64,000 bases of DNA from Thermoplasmatota archaeon (GTDB lineage: Archaea; Thermoplasmatota; Penumbrarchaeia; Penumbrarchaeales; Penumbrarchaeaceae). Numbering within the stretch: the stretch's first letter is position 1; every line of letters begins with the position of its first letter. The notes below the pieces were generated by a model. The model ran no database searches. It saw nothing but the letters and a program-made list of their open reading frames with translations, and was not told the origin of the DNA. The position numbers and the translations under genes were made by a program. Positions 1-8,110 of this stretch are shown piece after piece. Where the stretch lies: the NCBI GenBank assembly GCA_046483845.1, contig JAWOCK010000006.1:24819-88818 (forward strand), written 5' to 3'.

Positions 1-357
1 CTTGGACTGGGCGGAATCAAGGGCTTCCACAACCACATCCATCTCCTTGAAAGGTTCGTGCATTGAGCCCTTTTCCAGCCTTATGTCCATGACCTCCACT
101 TTGGTTCCATATCCTATCCTTTTGATGTTCTCCTTCAAAGCTTCCACCTTTGGTCTTCCGATCTGGTCCTCGAAATAGTACTGTCTGTTAAGATTGGACC
201 TTTCAACCCTGTCGAAGTCCACTATCAAGAGCCCACCAATACCGGTTCTGGCCAATGAGACAGCGATGTTGGAACCCAATCCGCCGGCACCCGCGATGCC
301 TACCTTCGAACCTTTCAGTAGCCTTCTCATGGTCGGATAGTCCATTGGAACACCCAT
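1..357 (-). CDS. ThiF/MoeB-family E1-like adenylyltransferase (N-terminal part only; gene runs off the window start)
   Basis: My own minus-strand translation is M(GVPMDYPTM)RRLLKGSKVGIAGAGGLGSNIAVSLARTGIGGLLIVDFDRVERSNLNRQYYFEDQIGRPKVEAL. It has a GxGxxG Rossmann loop plus the D-x-D-x-V-x2-SNLNRQ hallmark of ThiF/MoeB/HesA. The start ATG is at 357 or 330. It is absent from the ORF track because there is no stop in the window. Confidence 0.8.
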   Translation of the reverse strand, partial: MGVPMDYPTMRRLLKGSKVGIAGAGGLGSNIAVSLARTGIGGLLIVDFDRVERSNLNRQYYFEDQIGRPKVEALKENIKRIGYGTKVEVMDIRLEKGSMHEPFKEMDVVVEALDSAQSK

Positions 358-379
358 CTACCCTACAATATAGGAGGAT

Positions 380-2740
380 TTACCATTTTTCCCAATATCT
401 GGGGGTGTCGGCGGGAGTCTCATCTGTCGCGCTGTATTTTGCACCCCAGACGTTCAATCCTTTTTCATCGTCCTCATCTATGGCCTTCTGGAGCAAATCC
501 AGCATCTCGGTCTCGTCTTCGAACCCGAGCTCTTTCATCTTCTGGGGAGTGGGCACACCATTGGGGGTCCATCCTCTCCTGTAGTATACCGCGTCCATGA
601 GCCTGTTGTATTGGTCCATCCTATGGTCGTAGAGCCTCTTCATCCTCTCCTCGATGGACATCTTCTCCAGCTTCTCTTCGGGTATGCCGAGCTTTTTCAT
701 CAACTGCTCATCATATCTCTCCTGTCTGGAGATATACTCCAGCTTGGTGACCGGTCCCATGGACCTGTAGGGGGGAACATCATCCTTTCTACGTCCTTTT
801 CCCAGCCAGACGTTCATGGCCCTCTGCCAATTGTACACCCTTTCGGATTGGTCTATGAGGTCGCTGCCGGTTATATCCCAGCCCGTGACCCCGCTCATGA
901 TCTTTGCGTAGTTCTCCACATGCTCGGGGATCTTTGCCGGCTCGTCGGTCTTGGAGTTGTCAGCGGGGGTTATATCGTTCCAGGGAAGCTTGCACAGTCC
1001 CACTATGCCGAACCAGGTTCTCCATATGGGGAAATAGTGAAGGGCTTCCGCCTTGTCCTTGAATGTCGGAATCTGGTTGTTCACCATGTCCATGAATATC
1101 AGCCAAGCCTCATCATGTTGGGGCCCCTTGGAGGCCATTGCATATCCGCCCTGTTGGGCGAGGGATTCCTTTGAAACATACTCCGAATATTCCAGGCCCT
1201 TGATCTCCATTCCGGAATCCTCTATGAGTTTCGGGTCCCCCCATCCTTTCTCGATAAGCCAGTCCTTGACCCTCCTTATTCCCTTGGATGCGACCCGGAT
1301 GAACTCGTCATTGTCTCCTTCGGCAAGTCTGTGCAGGAACTCCATCACCGCCTCGGCGTTGCCGAAGCAGAGTTCTATCCCACCGCATCTTTCCTTGTTG
1401 AGTATGTGATACTCGTACATCTCCATGTAGAAGGCAATGGCGGTGGAGGTGGATATGGTATCGAGACCGTAGGTGTCACAGTAGAAGTTGAACTCCAATA
1501 TCCATTCGGGGTCCCAGATGGACATATTTGCACCACCCCCGATCGTTTCGTACTCGGGACCGTCAACGCTCACCCTTTCGCCTCTGTAAGGCCCGGTCCT
1601 GATCATGAAACCATCCACAGCTTTGGAACATGCTATATTGCAGCCATACCAACACCCGTCGGGTACGACCTGTGTGAAATATTTATAGAAAACAGATGAG
1701 TATATGTTCGGCGCCTTCGGATGTGACCCGAACCTGTAGTTCTCCGTGGGGAGGAGATCGTATGCATCCATGACCTCAACGAGATTACCGGTACCCACGG
1801 TCCTCATGTTACATTGGTGGCGATCAAGGTCCCTTATCTCCGTGTGATGCTTTATTCCAGTCTCCGCTATGGTGTCGGTATCCACTGGATTGTTCTCCAC
1901 ACCGCTGAAACCGGGGATCCTCGCAACCAGAGCCTTGAGTCCTTTGTTTCTGAAGACGGACCCCAATCCCCCCCTTCCGTGCTGTTTCATCCTGGGTACC
2001 TTACGCCGGGGGTCGTAGAATGATATGTTCAGTATGCCCCAGTACGATCTATCTGCCGCCCTGCCTGCGGTAACTACGGAGACCTTCTGCCTTGAAGCCT
2101 CCGTATCCTCCTTGGCGTACATGTGGGTGAGCTGATCGGAAAGTATGTGTGCGCTCCTGTCCTCCAGCGGAGCCGACTCGATGCGGACCCTCCCGTCCTC
2201 CCCATCGATGAAGATAAGCACATCCTCCTTGCTCTTTCCCTGAATGGCGAGTGCATCGAATCCGGCGAACTTTAGATAGGGTGCGAAATAACCTCCCGCA
2301 TTGGAATCGCAGATTATGTTGGTGGAGGGAGAGATCGCCGTCGAAAGACACTTCCCCATTCCTGAGTATTGCGTGGTCCCGTTCATCGGTGCGGAGTTCA
2401 GACAGAGGACGTTATCGGGGTCATCCCATTTTGTATTGGGCCCCGCGTGGTCCCATGTCATCTTGAGACCGAAGCCCTTGCCCCCTGTGAACTTCTTCTT
2501 CATATCCTCTGTCACCGGGATCTCCTTCACCGTCTTTTCCGATAGGTTCACATAGAGTATCCTGCCAGCATATCCCTTCTCTACCGGCCGTTTTTCGTAT
2601 TCATGATCCAAAAGGACCCTGTGGGCGGACCTGAGCTTTGGAATGTCCCAATCGTGCTTTGTATTCCCTGTTTCGAAGGGTCCGTTGCCCTTTCCTATCA
2701 GCTTGGCGTTTGTTTCGTCATTGATACATTCCCCGCTCAT
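380..2740 (-). CDS. aor: Tungsten/molybdenum-pterin aldehyde:ferredoxin oxidoreductase family protein, unusually long (786 aa)
   Basis: Track ORF. Four motif regions fit the AOR/FOR/GAPOR family: GYAGRILYVNLSE..KKFTGGKGFG; DSNAGGYFAPYLKFAGFDALAIQGK; GRGGLGSVFRNKGLKALV; and DGPEYETIGGGANMSIWD..YCDTYGLDTIS. The near-C-terminal YYRRGWTPNGVPT also fits. ATG start, with a 4-nt overlap with the upstream ferredoxin gene. Confidence 0.9.
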   Translation of the reverse strand: MSGECINDETNAKLIGKGNGPFETGNTKHDWDIPKLRSAHRVLLDHEYEKRPVEKGYAGRILYVNLSEKTVKEIPVTEDMKKKFTGGKGFGLKMTWDHAGPNTKWDDPDNVLCLNSAPMNGTTQYSGMGKCLSTAISPSTNIICDSNAGGYFAPYLKFAGFDALAIQGKSKEDVLIFIDGEDGRVRIESAPLEDRSAHILSDQLTHMYAKEDTEASRQKVSVVTAGRAADRSYWGILNISFYDPRRKVPRMKQHGRGGLGSVFRNKGLKALVARIPGFSGVENNPVDTDTIAETGIKHHTEIRDLDRHQCNMRTVGTGNLVEVMDAYDLLPTENYRFGSHPKAPNIYSSVFYKYFTQVVPDGCWYGCNIACSKAVDGFMIRTGPYRGERVSVDGPEYETIGGGANMSIWDPEWILEFNFYCDTYGLDTISTSTAIAFYMEMYEYHILNKERCGGIELCFGNAEAVMEFLHRLAEGDNDEFIRVASKGIRRVKDWLIEKGWGDPKLIEDSGMEIKGLEYSEYVSKESLAQQGGYAMASKGPQHDEAWLIFMDMVNNQIPTFKDKAEALHYFPIWRTWFGIVGLCKLPWNDITPADNSKTDEPAKIPEHVENYAKIMSGVTGWDITGSDLIDQSERVYNWQRAMNVWLGKGRRKDDVPPYRSMGPVTKLEYISRQERYDEQLMKKLGIPEEKLEKMSIEERMKRLYDHRMDQYNRLMDAVYYRRGWTPNGVPTPQKMKELGFEDETEMLDLLQKAIDEDDEKGLNVWGAKYSATDETPADTPRYWEKW

Positions 2741-3183
2741 TCACAGACCCCCTGTTCATGATATACGACCTCCTCGACCTCCGAGATGGGGACCTCCACC
2801 AGTTCAAGGGCGTTCTCTGGACATGCCTTGACACATGAACCGCACGATATGCACTTATGGGGCACCACCATCTCTGGGGCCCTTCTCATCACATGCCTGG
2901 GACAGAAGGCCACACATGACAGACATCCGATGCAGGTCTTCTTGTTGACCGATACAACACCGCTAGGAAGCCTTTTGATGGCTTGAACAGGACATACATC
3001 TATGCAGAGACCGCAGTGGTTGCAGTTGGTCATAACGTATCCATTATCGCTCTTCAGTATCCTTATGGCGGACCATTCTCCCCCTTTGTCATTCTTGTGC
3101 ATTATCTGGGAACAGGCCCTCTCGCAGTCGTAATGGCCCTTGCATTTATCCGGGTGGAACCTGATGATCTTAACGTTCTTCAT
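2737..3183 (-). CDS. Polyferredoxin-like 4Fe-4S electron-transfer subunit
   Basis: Three canonical CxxCxxCxxxCP motifs (CNHCGLCIDVCP, CIGCLSCVAFCP, CISCGSCVKACP) plus an N-terminal Cys-rich stretch (CKGHYDCERAC). ATGA overlap with the aor start. Confidence 0.85.
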   Translation of the reverse strand: MKNVKIIRFHPDKCKGHYDCERACSQIMHKNDKGGEWSAIRILKSDNGYVMTNCNHCGLCIDVCPVQAIKRLPSGVVSVNKKTCIGCLSCVAFCPRHVMRRAPEMVVPHKCISCGSCVKACPENALELVEVPISEVEEVVYHEQGVCE

Positions 3184-3194
3184 CTCATTCCCTC

Positions 3195-3890
3195 CTAGAG
3201 CACCACCACAGTGACCATGGTCAGCCAGCAGATAGCGGAGATCAGGGAAGATACCGCATAGAACGGTGCCTTTTTGATCTCTGTCATCTTAAGTCTTTCA
3301 AGATCAAGTGACGCTATGGCCGGTATCGATATCCCCCCGAGGACCGCAGCAAAGAACCCCCGTCCGAATATCAACGGGAGTATGCTCCAGACCTCCGACA
3401 GGGGAATGATCTCCCCCTGGACGACAAAGGGTGTCAAGAACTGTGTTATGATGTAACCCGACGAGTAGATGGTGAACCCGGCTATGATACCGCTAAAGAC
3501 CAATGTCCGGTAGTCCTTTCTCTTTCCGAAGAGACTTCCCATGATCACCTTCCTGTTCACGAAGAACTCGAAGATGAGACCTTCAGCCATTATCGCAATT
3601 GCGGCACATAGCTGACAGGAACCAACGGGAGCGAATATCCTCATGATCCCAGCAAAGATAGCCACTCCAAGAGAGATCCCCATGGTGTTGAACATTTTCC
3701 TTGCCATCACCATGAAACCGATCCCGAACAGACCTGCCATGACGGCCCCAGATGGTATGGATAGTCCCAGAACCTCCAACCTAAGGGAGCCCACAGTACA
3801 TTCCAGAAGTCCCCAGATGGACCCCAGCATGATCATGCCTAACAGCATCATCATCCTATCCGTCGATACCTTAGCCAATCTCATTTTCAT
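3195..3890 (-). CDS. Hypothetical polytopic membrane protein (about 6 TM, no His, two Cys pairs)
   Basis: 231-aa ORF, hydrophobic throughout. ATG start with a 4-nt overlap with the upstream gene, 11 nt from the ferredoxin start. I recognise no family. Confidence 0.55.
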   Translation of the reverse strand: MKMRLAKVSTDRMMMLLGMIMLGSIWGLLECTVGSLRLEVLGLSIPSGAVMAGLFGIGFMVMARKMFNTMGISLGVAIFAGIMRIFAPVGSCQLCAAIAIMAEGLIFEFFVNRKVIMGSLFGKRKDYRTLVFSGIIAGFTIYSSGYIITQFLTPFVVQGEIIPLSEVWSILPLIFGRGFFAAVLGGISIPAIASLDLERLKMTEIKKAPFYAVSSLISAICWLTMVTVVVL

Positions 3891-4591
3891 ACCACCTGTA
3901 TCTTTACTACATCCTTTATCCAGTAACTTTTTGTGAGGTGAGGGAACATCGTCATGTGGTCCTCGTTGTCAACCAGGAGGCCGTTCATCATATCGTCCCA
4001 GGTGACATCTTTCGAATAACCGTCGGATGCACTTATGGTGAAGTTGTGATCCTGAGGATTCTCCAGTGATGTATAGTTGATCATGTCGGATAGCTTCACA
4101 CCCGTGTATCCAATGCTCTCGTTGTCATACATGATCGACTCCTCCAGGATATCGAAGGGCTGCATCCAGGTCCACAGCTGTCCATTCACGGTTATCGTGT
4201 CCCCCTCCGGGAGCGGTTCAATAGTGACCACGTTCTTTACCTTGTATTTTCCGGGGAGATCTGGAAATATGGTCATGGTCTCCTCCTCCACAAGGATGCC
4301 CTCTTCCATATCCAGGTGGGTGACCTCCTTGGTCCAGCTGTCGGCCGCGATCAGCTTGTACGTATATGATGAGAGGTCATCCACACCTGCATCCGAGAGT
4401 AGTTCTTCGAGGTAGATGCCTTCATAGGTGTCCCCTTTGCTGTCGGCCACTTCATGGGTTTCATAATCCTGGAAGATCTCATTTTTTTCGAACTCCATTC
4501 CGTTGATGGTTATGGTCCAGCCGTCGCCATCATCTTCCTCTCCACCGAGACAGCCGGCTATGGCCGCAGTGGGTACCAGCAATACCATCAT
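3887..4591 (-). CDS. Lipoprotein with two copies of a ~95-aa SUOX/YedY-like (oxidoreductase molybdopterin-binding-like) module, Cys-less apart from the lipobox
   Basis: N-terminus MMVLLVPTAAIAGCLGG has a lipobox-like AGC. Internal duplication: YEGIYLEELLSDAGV..YKLIAADSWTKEV..TIFPDLPGKYKVKNVVTIE versus YTGVKLSDMINYTS..FTISASDGYSKDV..TMFPHLTKSYWIKDVVKIQ. Confidence 0.6.
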   Translation of the reverse strand: MMVLLVPTAAIAGCLGGEEDDGDGWTITINGMEFEKNEIFQDYETHEVADSKGDTYEGIYLEELLSDAGVDDLSSYTYKLIAADSWTKEVTHLDMEEGILVEEETMTIFPDLPGKYKVKNVVTIEPLPEGDTITVNGQLWTWMQPFDILEESIMYDNESIGYTGVKLSDMINYTSLENPQDHNFTISASDGYSKDVTWDDMMNGLLVDNEDHMTMFPHLTKSYWIKDVVKIQVV

Positions 4592-4612
4592 AAGGAAAAG
4601 ATATCTTTTCGT

Positions 4613-5095
4613 CTATACCACCTCTATCTCCACAACATCATATATCCAGAAGGCCTCTGCCTTTCCCTCGAAGACCACCATCTTGTCGTGGTCATCATTT
4701 CCCTCGAGACTGATGATGCCTCTTTCCATATCTCTCCATTGGACTGTTTTTAGATATCCGTCGGCCGCCGTGATCCTGTATTCGTGTGATCCGGGGTCCA
4801 CTACCCCGGTGTCCCTGATCAGGTCATCCAGCGGAACACCCTCAACATCTTCCACTGTCCCGAGTTCGAACTCCTCGTAAAGCGTGTCCCAATCATACTT
4901 CCTTTCGTTTACCGTTAAGGTGTCCGTTGACCTCTGGTTCAGGGTCGTGTATGCAAGGGCTGAAAGGGAACCCACAAGGACAAAGACCGCTACTATGAAC
5001 AATAGAATGTTCCACTTTGACCTTCCGAACATCACATCGAACATCCTTAAGCTCACATACCGCACGCTCCTGGGTGGTATCCATATGACCTTCAC
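4613..5095 (-). CDS. Membrane-anchored paralog carrying one copy of the same SUOX-like module
   Basis: The stretch GVPLDDLIRDTGV..YRITAADGYLKTVQWRDM..VVFEGKAEAFWIYDVVEIEVV parallels the modules of 3887-4591. It has an N-terminal signal anchor (NILLFIVAVFVLVGSLSALA). The track start is GTG at 5095. ATG at 5044 (MFDVMFGRSKW) is an equally plausible start. Confidence 0.6.
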   Translation of the reverse strand: MKVIWIPPRSVRYVSLRMFDVMFGRSKWNILLFIVAVFVLVGSLSALAYTTLNQRSTDTLTVNERKYDWDTLYEEFELGTVEDVEGVPLDDLIRDTGVVDPGSHEYRITAADGYLKTVQWRDMERGIISLEGNDDHDKMVVFEGKAEAFWIYDVVEIEVV

Positions 5096-5151
5096 CTTTT
5101 TGATATTAACTATCCATTCTGTTTAGGCCCCGTTCGCAACAAACCCTCCTG

Positions 5152-5733
5152 TTATTTCTCTTCGAGAACGGGATCATAGGTGTAACCCTTCTTTTTCATG
5201 AGTTCGATAGGATCCTCCTTCTTGTAGTGGTCCATGGGTACCATTGTCCTGCACCGGGGGCACGATCTTACAAGATTGCCGAATCTGTTGTTGTGTATGT
5301 GGCACCTGGGACAGAGTTCTCTCCATTCGAGGTCATAGGAGGAGAAGAGCTTGTGACCCTTCCTGCATCTCCAGGCCTGGAATGCTATGACACACCTGTT
5401 CGGAGCATACAATGGGTCCTTTGAACCGTTTGAGACCTTCTCACCGTTGACGATGAACTCCTCTATCTCCACCGGGAGTATCTCCACATCCTCTCCGCAG
5501 ATGATACATTTCTTACCGGTCACCGGATGGAAGGGCCCTTGTACCAGCTCGCTCTTCCTTTTCAATCGAGCCTCGTAGCGTTCCTTCTTCTCCTTCTCCT
5601 CTCTCAGATTAGCCCTGCATTTGGGACATTTTTCAAGAGAGGGGTTCTTGAGGTATGCTGAACAGACAGGACAGAAACGTATTTCCACCATCGGTACCGG
5701 AACATAGAACTCCGATTTAAGGATAGGGAACAT
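5152..5733 (-). CDS. Hypothetical protein with three zinc-ribbon-like CxxC pairs
   Basis: CPVC..CPKC, CIIC, and CPRC..CPRC pairs with a charged linker. ATG start 6 nt after the stop of the upstream radical SAM gene. Confidence 0.5.
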   Translation of the reverse strand: MFPILKSEFYVPVPMVEIRFCPVCSAYLKNPSLEKCPKCRANLREEKEKKERYEARLKRKSELVQGPFHPVTGKKCIICGEDVEILPVEIEEFIVNGEKVSNGSKDPLYAPNRCVIAFQAWRCRKGHKLFSSYDLEWRELCPRCHIHNNRFGNLVRSCPRCRTMVPMDHYKKEDPIELMKKKGYTYDPVLEEK

Positions 5734-5739
5734 CCCCGC

Positions 5740-6651
5740 TCACGAAGAAGGACCTTCCACCCTTTTTCTTCTCCATAGGGCCGCAAGCTGACCGCAGTTC
5801 GATCCGATAATGTTCTCCCTCAGGTCACCAACACTGAGGACCACATCGAAACCCTGATCCTTAAGCTCCTGGATCTGGGGGACATCTCCCTCGTAAAGGT
5901 CCTCGCGGACCATGTCGTGCATCCGTGCCTGCTCTGTGGGATTCACCGGTGTAAGCTTGATCATGAAGATGTCCGGGGAGAACAGATCCTCTATCCTTTT
6001 TGGATCCAGCTCATTTTCGGTCCCCAGGGCGAAGTTGAGGGATATCTTACGACCTCCGACGAAGAAATCATTACCGAACCGGGCGATCCTCTCGAGCCCC
6101 CATTTCCGTATCGGCATGATCTCGTCCCTCTGGACCGGGTCCGTCGAATGGACGGAGAACTGGAGCTGGATATTGCCCTTGAAGATCATATTGTTGATAT
6201 CCTTTAGGGAGTTGAAGAATTCATCAGTGCCTTCCGGTGCGGTGGTGGAGATACAAGGCATATAACCCGGTGCGTTGTATCTTTCGGAGATCTCTTCGAT
6301 GGCGTCGATCACGTTCATGTTCAAGGCCGGCTCCCCCATCCTTGCGAACTGGATCTTGAACTTCTTGGTGGGTACTTTTCGATCCGGGAACCTTTTTCCA
6401 ACGATGTGGTCGATCTGTGACATAAGTTCTTCTCTTGTGGGGTCCCCTTCATAATAACCGGAGGTGTCGCACATCTTGCAGCCAACAGGACATCCGAACT
6501 GGGATGATACCACTATCACCCATTTCTCCAGAATGTCCCTGGAACCGGAAAGCGAATCGACGAATTCCAGTATCCTGCGGCCCTCCTCATCATATGAAGC
6601 TGCATAGACCGTTGCAAGTTCGTCAAGTCCCTTCTCGTAGAGCATTTTCAT
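5740..6651 (-). CDS. Radical SAM enzyme of the RlmN/Cfr-like family (divergent)
   Basis: VSSQFGCPVGCKMC contains the CX3CX2C cluster motif in the RlmN-type context (VSSQVGC..C..C). MGEPALN, ISTTAPEG, LQFSVHS and C-terminal IGSNCGQLAA parallel RlmN blocks. Confidence 0.7.
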   Translation of the reverse strand: MKMLYEKGLDELATVYAASYDEEGRRILEFVDSLSGSRDILEKWVIVVSSQFGCPVGCKMCDTSGYYEGDPTREELMSQIDHIVGKRFPDRKVPTKKFKIQFARMGEPALNMNVIDAIEEISERYNAPGYMPCISTTAPEGTDEFFNSLKDINNMIFKGNIQLQFSVHSTDPVQRDEIMPIRKWGLERIARFGNDFFVGGRKISLNFALGTENELDPKRIEDLFSPDIFMIKLTPVNPTEQARMHDMVREDLYEGDVPQIQELKDQGFDVVLSVGDLRENIIGSNCGQLAALWRRKRVEGPSS

Positions 6652-7609
6652 CTTTTTTCACCATTCTGGCGATGTCCATGGCCGCAGCAAGACCGGATCC
6701 CGATGCAAGAGCGGTCTGACTGAGCGTTCCAAGGGCTGCATCTCCGATCACGTATAATCCTTTTACTGAGGTCCTGAAAGACGGCAGGTACATCTTAGGG
6801 TTCTCCATTCCTTCAAGCAGACCCAATTCAGGAGACCTGCCGATGAAAGCGAAAAGATACTGATACCTTTTATTCTCCAGGACATAATATCCGTCCTTGA
6901 GCCCTATCTCTTTTGGGTTCCCTTTGATGATCCTGATCCCGGCCCTTTTCACCTCTTCTTGAAGTATGTTGTTTGCCTTGATATTACTCCTGTGGACTAT
7001 GGTCACATTGGCTTGACCGTTGTGCAGGGTCAGAGCATTGTCGAAGGCCAGGTCCCCTCCTCCCACGATAAGGATATCCATGCCCTTGAACTGTATGGCA
7101 TCCTCAATGAAATGAAGTTCCCCCGGGATCCCAAGCTTGTTGGGAGAGGTGCCTGTTGCAAGTATGACATGTGAAAAGTCGCCTCCGTCAACCTTGAATC
7201 CCTGCTCGCTTCTACTCAATTCGGATATGTTTGCCTTCCTGGTCATGATGCCGAAGGAGTTGAGATGGTCAGAGAATATCCTACAAAGCATCCTTCCGCT
7301 CTTCCCCTGATGTCCAAGAAGGTTATCGACCCTATTTGCATACCAAAGGAGACCGCCTAACCTCTTCTTCTCGAACAGATCGAACCGGATACCTTCTTTT
7401 TTTAGCTGTATCGCTGCGGATATTCCCGCTGGACCGGCTCCTATGATTGCTACTTTATTACCTTGGATGGGATCACCTCCCCGAAGGCGTTTGAGATGAC
7501 CTTCAGAGTGGATATATGCCTCTCCTCCGTTGCAGTGGCCGTGAGGTCGGCAATGAAGTATGTTCTGTAACCCCGCATGAACGCTCCCCTGGCCGTTGAC
7601 TCGCAGCAA
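6623..7609 (-). CDS. FAD/NAD(P)-dependent oxidoreductase, thioredoxin-reductase-like but without a CxxC redox motif; start uncertain
   Basis: Motifs seen: KVAIIGAGPAGISAA dinucleotide fold, ILATGTSP, a second Rossmann ILIVGGGDLAFDNA, and C-terminal GDAALG. The only canonical in-frame start is TTG at 7609, which would overlap the isochorismatase gene by 160 nt. The mature-looking N-terminus begins near 7468. Confidence 0.75.
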   Translation of the reverse strand: MLRVNGQGSVHAGLQNILHCRPHGHCNGGEAYIHSEGHLKRLRGGDPIQGNKVAIIGAGPAGISAAIQLKKEGIRFDLFEKKRLGGLLWYANRVDNLLGHQGKSGRMLCRIFSDHLNSFGIMTRKANISELSRSEQGFKVDGGDFSHVILATGTSPNKLGIPGELHFIEDAIQFKGMDILIVGGGDLAFDNALTLHNGQANVTIVHRSNIKANNILQEEVKRAGIRIIKGNPKEIGLKDGYYVLENKRYQYLFAFIGRSPELGLLEGMENPKMYLPSFRTSVKGLYVIGDAALGTLSQTALASGSGLAAAMDIARMVKKDENALREGT

Positions 7610-8064
7610 AGGTCTGTCAACACACCGCTGATAAGGACCGAATCGATCCCTTGTGAAGAGAGCATACTGTCAAGCTCGGTCCCGTGAAAGGCCGAGTAAT
7701 GCTCCTTTTCAATTATCGTTTCTGCCAGGGGAGCCAGTTCAGGGACTATTTCGGAGAGCTCACCTTCAGGAATGTCCCTCCACCATTCTCTCATGAGGTT
7801 CCCGGAGGAACCTTTCACATGTTTTGTGAATATCACTGGTCCGTGGAATCCTCCGATGAATTCCCTTAGACGCGGGATCATCGCTCTTCCCGAAGGCACG
7901 TATGCGTGGCTTTCCGGTTCCAGGAAGAACCTCTGCATGTCGAGGACCAGGAGCAATGTTTTTTTCGGTGCGCTTTTCCATTTTCTCTTTCTGTCGATTA
8001 TGGAAAGCCATTCTTCGGCCTTGTTTCCTGTGTTGTCCTTTGTCAGGTAAAGCTCGCTCCTCAT
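7450..8064 (-). CDS. Isochorismatase-family cysteine hydrolase
   Basis: LLVLDMQRFF and VLISGVLTDLCCESTARGAFMRGY (catalytic Cys context). The first ATG is at 8064 (MRSELYL). The track extends to TTG at 8103. Confidence 0.85.
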   Translation of the reverse strand: MRSELYLTKDNTGNKAEEWLSIIDRKRKWKSAPKKTLLLVLDMQRFFLEPESHAYVPSGRAMIPRLREFIGGFHGPVIFTKHVKGSSGNLMREWWRDIPEGELSEIVPELAPLAETIIEKEHYSAFHGTELDSMLSSQGIDSVLISGVLTDLCCESTARGAFMRGYRTYFIADLTATATEERHISTLKVISNAFGEVIPSKVIK

Positions 8065-8110
8065 CGTGGTTCCATGTTCTTGGATGGTATTATTAATTTG
8101 CAATGAACAT

